A program made the translations under genes and the position numbers. A DNA stretch of 61,809 bases, the filler included, from Vannella sp. (taxonomy: Eukaryota), in NCBI GenBank assembly GCA_023345925.1. It is 7 parts of 7 records of this genome, joined end to end, with 100 filler letters (N's around TTAATTAATTAA, not from the genome) between each part and the next. Parts side by side here need not be neighbours in the genome. Positions count along the whole stretch, not along the records: positions 34,678 to 42,247 come from JAJQQN010000631.1; positions 42,348 to 51,702 come from JAJQQN010000463.1; 5 more parts are not named here. One strand, 5' to 3'. Position 1 is the first letter of the stretch; the number at the start of each line of letters is the position of its first letter. Under the pieces are notes generated by a model. It was given only the letters and a program-made list of their open reading frames with translations. It was not told the DNA's origin and ran no database searches. Shown here piece after piece: positions 35,969 to 47,389 of this stretch.

Positions 35969-37047
35969 TTACTTGTCAATGGGCTTGTCCCCAAAGAAGG
36001 CGTAGGGCACAGCAAAGTCCTTGTTGCCTAGCCCGTGGGTGCTCATCAGGTTGTACAGCTGAAGGGCCGCAGATCCAAGAGGTACTGGAGCTTTGACCGA
36101 CTGAGCAGCTGTCATGGCCAGGGAGAGATCCTTCGAGATGAGGTCGACGCCAAACCCGCCAACGTACCCTTTGGAACTGGGCACATTCTCCATCACCCCA
36201 GGCACTGGGTTGTAAGAGTCACTGCTCCAGCAGCGTGCTGTGGAGCAGTTGAAGATGCTTGCAAGCAGCTTGGCGTCCATTCCAAGCTGAGTGCCGAGGT
36301 TCATTGCCTCCGAGACTCCGATCATTTGGATCGCCAGGGCGAGGTTGTTGCAGAGCTTGACGACTTGTCCAGATCCGTTGGGTCCACAGTAGATGATCTT
36401 GCTTCCCATGGCTTCAAGAAGGGGCCGTGCCTTCTCCATGGTGGACTCGTCTCCTCCCACCATGAAAGTGAGGGTGCCATTCGCCGCTCCTGTGACTCCT
36501 CCGCTCACAGGGGTGTCGATCATGCTCGCTCCCTTCTCCTTTACGAGAGCAGAGACCTGCTTGGCAACGTGGGGGTCAATGGTACTGGAATCAATGTAGA
36601 CGTCGCCGCTTTGTGCTGCCTGGAGGACTCCATTGGCACCACAATACACATCCTGAACATGTGCAGAGGCAGGAACCATACTGATGATGCGGCGTGCATG
36701 CTCAGCGACCTCCTTTGGAGAAACCGCGATATGTGCGCCTTCGCTCTCCAGCTTCCGGGCGTTCTCAGCAGAAACATCGAAGGCCACGACAGGGAAGCCC
36801 TTCTTCATCAAGTTGCGAGCCATGCTAGAAGTAAGGGGTCAGAATTTGAGCTCAGACATGGTCGCGGAGAGGCCTGTTCTCACCTCAAACCCATGTTGCC
36901 CAGTCCAATGAAGCCCACCGCCTCCTTCTACGCAGATCTCGTAAGCATACATCTGTTTGAGCTCGCCGATAACCCTTGACCTACCGCGCCTGTCGAGAAA
37001 GAACGAACTGCGGAAGCTCCCGCTCGGCATCCAACCGCAGCCAACAT
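35969..37047 (-). CDS. HIBADH: Mitochondrial 3-hydroxyisobutyrate dehydrogenase
   Basis: Presequence MLAAVGCRAG; VGFIGLGNMG, DSSTI, PVSGG, KLCNN, WSSDSYNPVPG. Confidence 0.93.
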
Positions 37048-37121
37048 TCCACCAAATAGTGACTGCTTCATGAAAGTAAGGTTCCTACCCTTTTTACACT
37101 TCGTTCTATCACTTTCGAGTC

Positions 37122-37149
37122 AACCCTAAACCCTAAACCCTAAACCCTA
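37122..37149 (+). repeat. (CCCTAAA)x3-4 telomere-like/telo-box tract in a bidirectional promoter
   Basis: AACCCTAAACCCTAAACCCTAAACCCTA ends 6 nt before the ATG at 37156. Confidence 0.85.
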
Positions 37150-37155
37150 GCCTCA

Positions 37156-38853
37156 ATGTTGGCGTGTATTGCTTTCACTCTCGTCCCTTGGAGGATGCGG
37201 TTTCCCGATTCTGCTCAAATAGAAAAGTTGAACAAAGTGGTGATCGTCCCATTTTTTTCTGGATGGGAGACAGGGGGCTGTCTCCGCTTGACGAGCACCG
37301 CAATGCTGTGCAGGGGTCGCTTTACAGCCCAAAGAACTTCTCAGATGCAGTTCTCTTCTTGGAAAAGTTTCCGAGCTATCTGAACGTTTATGTGAGGAGG
37401 GAGCCATCAGACTCTTCCTCGCTAAAGGGCCTCGCGTGTTTAACTCCACCATCAAGTGATTAAGAAACTGACATGCATGTAATTAGGAAGTATGCATGGG
37501 ATTGTCGCCCTAAACCTCGGTTCGTGCCATGGTAGAGTGTTAATCGATTGGGGATGTCTTTAGGGGGTCGGTTGCTCATTGATTCCTCCTCCTCTCTCAC
37601 CATTCTGTGCAGGAGGTGAGTGATCTATCGTTCGAGAACAGGCGAGATAACCAGTACCCCACTCGAAGGAAGTAAGTTACATCCTCTATGAACAAGCAAG
37701 ATGGTCAGTGTCTGACCAGAACGTATTGTAAAGGAGGTAAGATTCGGAACTATCCAACTCATCTTCCATCTTCTCAATGAGTTTCAGAACGTAAGTTTGA
37801 GAGAAGTTGAGCTCTTGCTGAGAGTATCAGGGGGTGAGTGCGAGCAGCCAACAACTCTGTGCTTGCCTCACTCGATTCTATTGTAGTGGGTGAGTGAGCC
37901 ATGGCATTTGGTATTCGGCGGCAGAACAAACCATTGTGCCAGACATTCCTGGGCATCGCTTGTGGACAGGGAATTACAGAGAACGTGGTTCGTTTGCTCT
38001 CTTATCGTGGCATTGATGTCCAAAAGGGAGTGAGACAGGACCAAACTTTTTGTGACATGTTTACTGATGCAATCGGATAGAGAGTAAGAAATCAAGCCTT
38101 TGACTTCCGCAATACTGAGGCCATGTCGTAGGAAGTAAGCTTGATTCTGGATGACTGTAACTCACCGATTTATAGAGAGTGAGTGGTTACCCGACCAGAG
38201 AATTGCCCTCTCGCTGATTTCCTCCATAGAGAGTAAGTTATGGCCGTTTATGATCCCTTCTCACAAAAATAGGAAGTAAGTGGTCGACCTTACCTAACAA
38301 TCTCCAGGAAGTTCTTAATTCTTGATATATTGTAGTATGTGAGTTGCTGCACCATCCCGAAACTGAAGTGTATCCTCTGACATGGACATTCTTAAGGGGG
38401 TAAATAAGAAAGAAAGCAAGCTCTTCAAAGTCTGACCTGTGTAGGTGGTAAGGATGTTATTTAGGAGGGACCAGTGAAAGCCTCTGAATGAAATCTCAGT
38501 GTGTAAGTCATATTTCTCTCTTCAAAGCAAATCCTCAAAGGCCCTATAGTTTGTAAGTTTCTCTCTGCTGTAAAGGAAGAGTTGAGTGCTTATGTAAGGT
38601 CAAAGAGCCCTTTGGACTTGGCTATGATCCACAAGAAACACCATCTCATCCCATTGCTTCTTGCCGCTGGATGTCGTTGCATCACTGTAATCCCTCCGTT
38701 ATTCCCATCCGTCACTGACACCTCATGTAGGAAGGCAGACACCTCGAAAAGTTCTCCATTCAGAACGTCCCAAAGCCGATCAAGAAAGTCAGCTTTTTCA
38801 GGAGGGCCATTTCATCTCTGAAGCCGCCAAGAGAAGAACAACAGGAACCCTAA
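37156..38853 (+). CDS. Small ankyrin-repeat protein whose two hairpin loops are encoded by 18 single-codon microexons
   Basis: Exons 37156-37163, 37223-37391, eight 3-nt exons (37487-37889), 37943-38029 (TFLGIACGQG...LLSYRGIDVQKG), ten 3-nt exons (38081-38552), 38606-38686 (SPLDLAM...LLLAAG), 38731-38853; all GT-AG, frame maintained. Confidence 0.85.
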
Positions 38854-39112
38854 CCCTCTCCATAAGAGAATAGAACCACAGCCAAAGAATCTGGTCCTAA
38901 GGAGAACGGGAAAGGGCGAACCCTGATTTCAGGTCTGAGAGTGATTCAGTATATAAATGAATGCATTCTCCAGGGACTAGTACTATTGTCATCAATCTCC
39001 TTTCATGCTCGCTGTGATAACGTCATCACTGTGAATGTTGGGGGGTTAGCCAATCAGAAAGCAGGCGTTCTTCGGTTCAAATTGTTCAGTTTCTTGTGGA
39101 CCGCCGCTGATC

Positions 39113-40757
39113 ATGGCTTATGATCACGGCTCGATCCAGTATTACCCTGGTAGGGGGAGACGGACTGGATTGAGGTCAGGGTAGCTCACTGAGGGCTGAA
39201 GATGAGGACGGGGCAACCCTCAACCTTCTGAAGACGACGGTGGCGGGCGATATCACCTATTCTTCCGCCTCGATCAACGGTGATGAGGGACTTGTTATTA
39301 CACCTACCACGGGAGATGCTCTGAGTCACGCTGTGAACCCTAACAACAAGGTGTACCGCCAGATCTTCTTTGTTGTGATGCCAGTCTTCTGGTATGGGCC
39401 TACTCTGCGCTTGCTACCACCTGTATAGGTTCTAACCACCTCCATACAGTGGATACGCAACTCTCTTCTCCATGCAGGAGCGTGTGATGGAGGCCATGTA
39501 TGGTTCTGGTGTGGAGGAGCCTCATATCTTTGGTGTTGCCTGCTCTATGCTCTACCTGGGCAACTTGTTCTTCCGGTTGGGTCATAACGTCGTCTTTGGC
39601 TTCATGAGCTCGCGTATGCGAGCAATCCTGGCCATGACATCGATGATGCTGTCCATGTGGACGATCTTCTCCATCTTCGTGTGGTTCCGGGACCCCAAAT
39701 ACATCTGGATGGTCTTCATTGGCTATGGCCTTGGTGGCTTAGCAATAGGTAAGCGCATCTCCCTCTCCTTCCCTCCCAAATCTCACAAAGTCGACAGGAA
39801 CGTTCGAGTCCAACATTCTGTCGATTATCACTCCTTTGGGGAAGGATACGAAGCTCTGGGCTATCATTGCCATCCCTGTTGGTATCAACGTCGTCAACAT
39901 TGGCGGGTTCCTCCTCTTAGGAGCTTGGGAATGGCTTCAAGAGAACCCTGAGCTCATCCATCTGAGTAAGGAGGCTCTGAGCTCCTCCTGGACACCTCTC
40001 ATGCTATCACAGGTGTTCTTATCTACACGTTCATTGGCTTCCTCATCCTCCAACTGAACCTTTACGATAAGTGCGCTGCCACGACTAGTTTCTCTATCAA
40101 GGAGTTCTTAGTGGCCTTCACCTTTTGGAGAGAGTGGATCAGTATCATTAGTAAGCCATGTAGCCTGTCAGTGGCTGAAGATCTGACCCTGAGGCAGAGT
40201 GGAACTGTTTGGCGATGATGTTCGACATGTTCTTCGTGTCGCTGTTCTCTCCTGGCATCATTCTGTACATCTACCAGGGCCCTTGTGTCCAATTCACCCT
40301 CTCAGGCTTCGTGATGAACTCCTTCTGGTTCGTGGCGTTGTACAACAGTGAGTTCTTCCTTGCGAGGGACTGCAAAGGCTAGTCTGACGTTAGCGCAGCC
40401 TTCTTCTTCGCAGGTGACACGCTGAGCCGGAAGATCTTCTACAAGGTTCGGTTGATCCCGCCGTTCCTGTTCCTTCTCTTCTCCGCTGGAGGCATCTTCA
40501 TGGGTCTCCTGGACGTCACCATCTTGGTACCTCTTACTGCTTTGGGTGTCTCCTTTGCTAATGGTAGTCTCTACACCCAAACCGCTCGCTTGATCGATCA
40601 AAAGATCCCAGAGAAGTACAATCTCGTCTCTCTCTCGTTCTGGCTGTTTGTAGGCGACATTGGAAGTGTTGCAGGCTCCAACATGATCAGCTATATCAGT
40701 GTTTGGGTTCAGGAGATCTACAATACCGCTAGCACTCTCCCAGCTTCGAGCTGTTAG
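39113..40757 (+). CDS. Battenin/CLN3-like MFS-fold membrane protein, multi-intron
   Basis: Many TM segments; GDTLSR; GSLYTQTARLI..IPEKYNLVSLSF....DIGSV resembles the CLN3 C-terminus. Confidence 0.65.
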
Positions 40758-41280
40758 CCTCAAGTAAACTGGGTATTTCCTCTTCCTCTGACATCGCCTT
40801 CCCATCAAAAAGGACCGTAGTACGTTGCAACAGTCTTTAGACGTGAAAGCTGGGTAAAGTGGGGCAGCTTTGGTGTTTGAAAAGCTTGTTCAAGGAGCCC
40901 ATGCGATACGGGTTTGTGTTAAACAGGGTCCTATTCTGATGTCAACAAGAAATCATAGAGAAGAGAGTAAAAGGCTTTCGTCAGAAGTAGCAAATAGATA
41001 CTGCCATGATGAAGTCCATTTCATGTTCACATCATCGAAAGCCGAGAACTCTCCAAATAATCAAACATACCTCAACTGATCAACCCTGGCGGGACTCAAC
41101 TGATCCGCAATCAGGGATTGGACATATCGGTCAACAGGTCGTGCTGTCTGGGAGGAAGGGGCAAAGAAAAGTAACCCACAGAACCCACCCAAAAATCGCC
41201 CCACAAATGGCCACATCAGCACATTCAAATAAATACTTCCTCACGTCACTTCAGCCGTCTTATCAATGATGAAAAAATGC

Positions 41281-41300
41281 AGGGTTTAGGGTTTAGGGTT
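41281..41300 (+). repeat. TTTAGGG telo-box tract upstream of MTMR14
   Basis: AGGGTTTAGGGTTTAGGGTT about 70 nt upstream of the ATG. Confidence 0.75.
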
Positions 41301-41369
41301 GCCCCAAATACAGTCGAACCTTCCAAAATTGGCATTTGATTGGAGCCGTTGGCGGGGACAACGGCTTCT

Positions 41370-42247
41370 ATGTCGCAGGCGAAGATCACGAGGAAGTATA
41401 AGCAGCGCCTGGAGAAGGAGGAGATCGATCTCCGGTTGCTTCTGGAGTTCTATCAAAGCAGCAAACAACCGGTGGCCCTTCTTCGCCCCCTTATGGGCCC
41501 CATTCAGAGCACAGTAGAGCGCTTGATGGAGAAGGACTATACGTGTGTTATCGTTGACAACGAAAACGGAGAGCTTTGTCCGACCTATCCATTCAACCTC
41601 TGCATCCCCGTCGCCCTAAAGTCTTGCTCTCAGTGTTCGGCCCATTCTGAAGAGGTTCCTTCGATTCCCAGGCTCAAAGAGTACTTCTCTGCTTCATCTC
41701 TGGGTCGAGGACGAGGGCGTTTCGTCGCCCCAGTCTCCTTGGTCCACTACAAGAGGGAAGGAGACTCTCCTCTTCACTTGGCTCGCTTCTCCTTGCGATC
41801 AGCAGCTCTCATTCAGAAGCCAGAGGTCCTACTCAACACAGTAACGAGGCGACCACGCCGATTAGCCAACCTTTCCATCGGAAGCTCCAAGGATATGATG
41901 GAGAGCGTCACTGGCACTCCTGCAACTCCTGGCAATCGAAGAGGCCGTAAGCTTGGACTCTCTAGCTCTGGTAGTAAGAGCTCAACGCCTCAGACCCTTC
42001 GCAAGAGCGACGGGATCATCCTGAATCGTCCAGAAGAGAATGACGAGGTACCTGAAGAGGCAACCTCACCTTTGGTCAGTCCTCACCGGTCAGATAGCCT
42101 CCATGAGCAGGCTACTATGCCTGTGGATGGTTCCAAAGCATCAGGGATGGATAAGATCCGCAAGGGAGATCTCAATTCCTTAACTGCCTTGGGAGTGACT
42201 TTCATTGGTGACTTGATGGTTGAAGAGAAGCTGAAGCTCCGCGGCAT
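41370..42247 (+). CDS. MTMR14: Myotubularin-related protein 14-like phosphatase, 3' truncated
   Basis: NENGELCPTYP, RGRGRFVAPV, RSAAL, DLMVEEKLK motifs. Confidence 0.78.
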
Positions 42248-42347
42248 NNNNNNNNNNNNNNNNNNNNNNNNNNNNNNNNNNNNNNNNNNNNTTAATTAAT
42301 TAANNNNNNNNNNNNNNNNNNNNNNNNNNNNNNNNNNNNNNNNNNNN
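42248..42347. other. Assembly spacer
   Basis: N run with TTAATTAATTAA. Confidence 0.97.
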
Positions 42348-45300
42348 TTCAATGCAGTTCTTGACTGTCAAAGCAGCGTAGTCGTAGAGATGAGAGACGT
42401 ACTCTTCCGTGTTCTCTCGTACAACCTTCTGGAGCAGGAGAGCGACCAGCTCACTCTTTTGGGAGGTTTGGTTGCGAGAGAAGGAGATGCGGAAGACGGC
42501 CTCAAGGTCGTCTTTGTGCTTTTGGCGCAGCTCTCCGAACACTTCATCCCGTTGGCGCTGTTGGAAGAGCTTTTCAACCTCCAAGAACCGGCCAAGGTAC
42601 TTGTTGACAATCACCTTCAGCTTCCCACTGATGTACACCTGCGCTAGAGCTCGCAGCGGCTCTGTCAGGGCGTGGAAGGCAGCTGCAGCTTCGGAAGCAA
42701 GCTCTTTCTCGTACGTGTCCAACACACTCGCGATGGACTTGGCAGGGAAGGTCGGTTTGCCGCCTCCTTCGGCGTGTTGCAAGGCAAACTCGTAGCTTTC
42801 AAGGAACTTCTGGATTCTCTCGAGTACTACGCGAGGTAAGCGGCTGGAGAGGTTGTCCAGTTGGTCCTGGAACTCGAGTAGGGGAACGGTGGGCTCATCC
42901 GTGAGGCGGATGAGCTCATCGACCTTGGCTTCGATGTCCTCGCTCATGTAACCTTCCATGACAGCATCCAAGTGCTCGATCACGTTACCCAGCAGTTGGT
43001 GGATCTTGTGCTTGGCTGCTCGGGGTAGTTCTGTGACAGGAAGCTCTCCTTCGAAGAGAGTGGATCGTTTGATGGCGTCTGGGTTCTCCAGCTGCAAGGA
43101 GGCGATGCTTTCTCCTCCTACCAAGACAGCCCCAACACCTAGCTGGTGGGTGATGATGCCAGACTCAGGACAGAGCAGTGGCATGTACATTTTCATCACT
43201 TCTATCTCTGCGTAAGGTGTCCCTGCCTTGATGGCAGACCCATTTGGCACCAGATAGCGAACAAGCTTGCCAGCGGTGGTGCTACGCAGGTTGGAAGGGT
43301 CGTACTCCTTTGGGAACATGCAGGTCTTGCCTTTGATCGTCAAACGGAGTCCTGACGGCTCATCCACGCCATAGAGAAGGTAGCTCTTGTTGCCTACTAC
43401 CGCAAGGAAGCCTCCATCAGCGAGTCCAGACACTTCAACCTCCACCTCCACCTCGCGGCTTCCTGTGGACAAGAAGTAGCGGTTCTCTCCGAACCGTCTG
43501 CTGTGGAACAGGTACTTGGAGTCCGCGTAGATCAACTCAAAGTCCTCTGAGCTTCGAAGAAGCTCGATAGGAGGGACTTGTCCGCGTTCGATGTAGGACA
43601 TGTACGCGTCATGGCGATTGGTACTGAGCTGGTGTGCTTGGTATGCTGCGCCACAGAGCACAGCAGTCATGGGAGCGATCCTCTTGCGAGCGCGGTTCTT
43701 GTCGCTGAGCAGGCCGTCGAGCCATCCAGTGTGGATGGTGAGCTGTTTGAAGTCCTCCATCTCCAGTAGCTCCACAAGGTACTCGACAGGCGTACGGATC
43801 TCACCACGGATGGAAAGCTCTTTGAGAGCGATCACCATGTTCTTCCGGCAGGTATCTCGGTCCTCTCCATAGGCAAAGAGATGTCCAAACTGTGAGTCAG
43901 CAAACTCATGAAGTCTTCCGTTACCCTGGACAGAGAAGTAGCCCCACACGCTCGGTGTACTGCGGAAGGTGAGCTCTTGGATGTGACCGCTGCTGGGTTT
44001 GAACCCTTCCTCTGGGTTCTCGGCCGTGATGCGACAAGCGATCACGTGGCCTTTGGGTGGGATCTGCTCCACATTGTCAAAGTCGATGGGGCTCAGTCCC
44101 AAAAGGTCGTCCTCTCCATAAAGGCGGCGGATGGAAGGGATGCGAGAAAGGGGGATTCCCATCGCCACGTTCAGTTGCGTGGCGGGTAAGTTGACTCCAG
44201 AGATCTGCTCACTGACAGGGTGCTCCACTTGGAGTCTGGGGTTGAGCTCGAGGAAGAAGTACTCCCCGTTGGCGTAGAGGTACTCGACTGTGCCAGCTCC
44301 AACGTAGCCGACCTCCTTAGCCAGGCGGACAGCAGCTCGCTCCATCTCTCTCCAGACCTTTGGGTCTGCAGCAATGGCAGGTCCTTCTTCGATGATCTTT
44401 TGGTGGCGACGTTGAACAGAGCAGTCTCGCCCATACACAGAGATCGCATTTCCGTACTCGTCTCCGACTACTTGGACCTCCAAGTGGTGGCAGTTGAAGA
44501 CCATACGCATCAAGAAGATAGGAGAGCCTGGCACTTCGCCCTGGACACTCTCAAAGGCGAACTTGAGCTCCTCTTCTGACGTGACCTTTCGGATGCCTTT
44601 GCCACCTCCTCCTTCAGAGGCCTTGATCATAAGGGGATAGCTGGGTGTTACTGTTAGTACAAGAATCCCTGTTAGAAGAGGAAACGCACCCCACTTTGCC
44701 AGCAGAGGCCAGAACTTGATCGTAGTTCGTGACCATGCACTGGAGCTGGACCGATTCAGGGATGCGTCCCTCTTTCTAAGATGGGATGAGCCGTTGATCT
44801 TCTTAGAAAGAGGGAGCGACGTACCTCATAATCGACAAAGACACCACTTCCGCTCCAAGGTACAACGGAGACGTTCACTGACTGTGCGAGGATAGTGGAG
44901 TTGATCTTATCTCCCAGCTCGTTCATAGCATGCGCACCAGGTCCAATGAAGACGATGTTTGCAGCGAGAAGGGTCCGTGGCAACTTTGGGTTCTCTGAGG
45001 CGTGACCCCAACCAGCCCAAACGGCCTAAGCAAGAGGTGAGTCGAGTGCTAGAGGATCCAGAGTACATACATCACACTTGTGTCGTTGTGCGATCTCCAC
45101 AATGAGGGGCACGTTGGCGTAGTTGTGGTTGTTAGTGCCTCCGGGAACCTTTTCGAACTGGTCCGCCATTCGGATGTACTCTGCGTTTGCCTTGAGGTCC
45201 TCAGGAGTAGCCATAGCAACAAACTGAACAACAGTTTCATCACCAAACGTCTGGTATGCCCACGAGCGAATAGATCGAATACACTTGACAGCACCAATAC

Positions 45301-45397
45301 CATTATTCGCCACCAGGACCTTGTGTATCGCGCGCTTTCCACCTCTATCCTTTACATACTCTTCGAGGGAGGCGAACGGCTTTGCCACCGTGCTCAT
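42348..45397 (-). CDS. ACC1: Eukaryotic multidomain acetyl-CoA carboxylase, N-terminal part (BC and BCCP), truncated by contig end
   Basis: [46 protein letters not shown], biotinylation site EVMKM. Confidence 0.97.
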
Positions 45398-45613
45398 CGA
45401 CCACCGAACCTCTCGAAAATGAAAGGTCCACCCTGGTCCCTGGTGGGTCCACAGAACACCCTCTGATTGGTCCATCCCCCACCTACCAATCAGAATGGTT
45501 TTGTGTGGACCCACAAGGACTGCCCATGTGATCTCCTTGTATTCGATTTATATTTTGCTTTGCAATACGCTCCATTGTTTGCCGGGGTGGCAGAAAAGGG
45601 GGAGTATTTGGAG

Positions 45614-47351
45614 ATGTTACGCGGGGAAGGCCGAGGGGAAAGGCGGGGAAAGTCAGTCAACAGAGTCGAGTTTGGAGATCACCCAACGGGACGCCGTCCT
45701 TGGGGCCAAGTGACAAGGAAGCAGGTGTATGTTCTCCTCTCGTAGAAGGTGAAAACCACCGTTTGTGGGGCAAAGCTGACTTCTGATGGAAGCGGTGTTC
45801 TGTTCATTGTACTCCTTGCGGTTATCTCCATCTACTACATAAGCGCCGCTTTGAAGTACGGCGAGAGTCAGTCCGATGATGCAGACCTTCGGGAAACTCA
45901 TCTCCGTTACGCGATCATGGGCGATATGGGCTCCTCTGGGAGCCGTGTTTACGTTTATCAGTACTATAGAAGGCTCAGTAAGAAGGCCATTTCATGTGGC
46001 CTTGGAAAAGGAGGAGAATACGAGGGAATGGGCCTCGTACCGGGCTTCGAGGAGTCTACCGTCTCCGAGGGACACAAACTCAACGAGAAGAAGCCCGGTA
46101 TGTTACCCTAGGACCATCTAGTCTCCATTACTTACTTTAGAAGGCGTTACATCGTTCTCCAAAAGGCCCGCCCTAGCAGGTCTCTACTTTAGTTCGATGA
46201 TCGACTTTGCCATGAGCCTGATCCCTGAAGAGGAGCATGCTAACACACCCCTCTTCATGTATGCTACAGCTGGGCTGCGAATGCTAGCCGATAAGAACAA
46301 AGAGCGCATCTTTGATGACGATGACCAAGACGATAACGCCATTCTGGATCACGATGACGATGATGTGAAGGTGGGAGAGGTTGCCGCTACGCTGAAAGCG
46401 ATCCGCTCTGCCTTGAAAGAGTCCCCTTTCTACTTCCGCGACGATCACGTTCGCATTCTTACTGGTGAGGAGGAGGCTCGCTACGATTGGATTGCGCTGC
46501 AGCAGAAGCTTCATAACGGAGAGCGAACGATTACCCGTGCTAACAACGTCCCCCTCCTCCTTGAGGACCCCGTAGAAGGCGTGTTCCCTCTTGGCATCAT
46601 CGATACAGGCGGCGTTTCATCCCAGATCGCCTACCCTCCGGCACTTGCTACCGATGCCAACATCCACACGGTTGTCTTCTCAGAGAGAGTCACTGACATC
46701 GTGGCACACAGCTTCCTGGGCTACGGAATGTACGAATCACGCGCCATTCTTGAATCAGCCGTTATCACCTCCTGTTGGGCCGACCCTAAGTGTGATGTTG
46801 GAGAGGTGGTCAACCCATGCTTCTCCTTCAACAACTCGCAACACAGCCTGCATCAAGGCCGCAAGTACTTAGTGACCGGTGGAGGTGACTTTGATGCTTG
46901 CTACGCCAAGGTCCTCTCTCAGTTTGACTTGCCAGGAGGCTGTGGTACGGGGCGCTGCGGGATTCATGGAACACGCCTCCCTGCCACCATGAAGGGAACC
47001 AAGTTCCTTGCCATTGACAATGCAAACCGGGCAGCGGAGTTCTTTAAGCATCAAGGACCTACCTCACTCATTCAGCTACAAGAGAGTGTGAAGGAGTTCT
47101 GCTCATTAGAATGGAACGACATCCTCATCAAGTACGGGCCGGTCCCCAATGAATTCCGGCTGAAAAAGTACTGTTACGAAGGTGTCTACCTTTTGGTGCT
47201 GCTTCACCACGGCTACGGCTTCCCCATGGACACCCAAGAGATCATCTTTGCTGACTACTTGGGCGGTTCCCACATCAACTGGCCCTTAGGGGCGATGGCA
47301 AGTCAACTCCACGAAATGTGTTCGCGCGGCGAACTCCCCAAACGGACGTAG
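45614..47351 (+). CDS. GDA1/CD39 nucleoside diphosphatase (apyrase), type II membrane
   Basis: ACR motifs DMGSSGSR, ATAGLR, GEEEARYDW, DTGGVSSQI, WPLG. Confidence 0.92.
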
Positions 47352-47389
47352 TTACGAGATAAAGCGAGCTTCTTGGCGCTTCTAACCCG

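Noticed and set aside
36035..36979. 314-aa plus-strand ORF
   Set aside because: Antisense shadow of HIBADH, explained by codon bias; no domain signal.
37122..37149. True chromosome end or telomere
   Set aside because: Only 3-4 units, internal, with genes on both sides.
37392..38605. CRISPR-like regularly spaced motifs (about 50-nt period)
   Set aside because: The recurring element is only the AG-NNN-GTRAG splice signal, not a 23-47 nt direct repeat; eukaryotic context and no cas genes.
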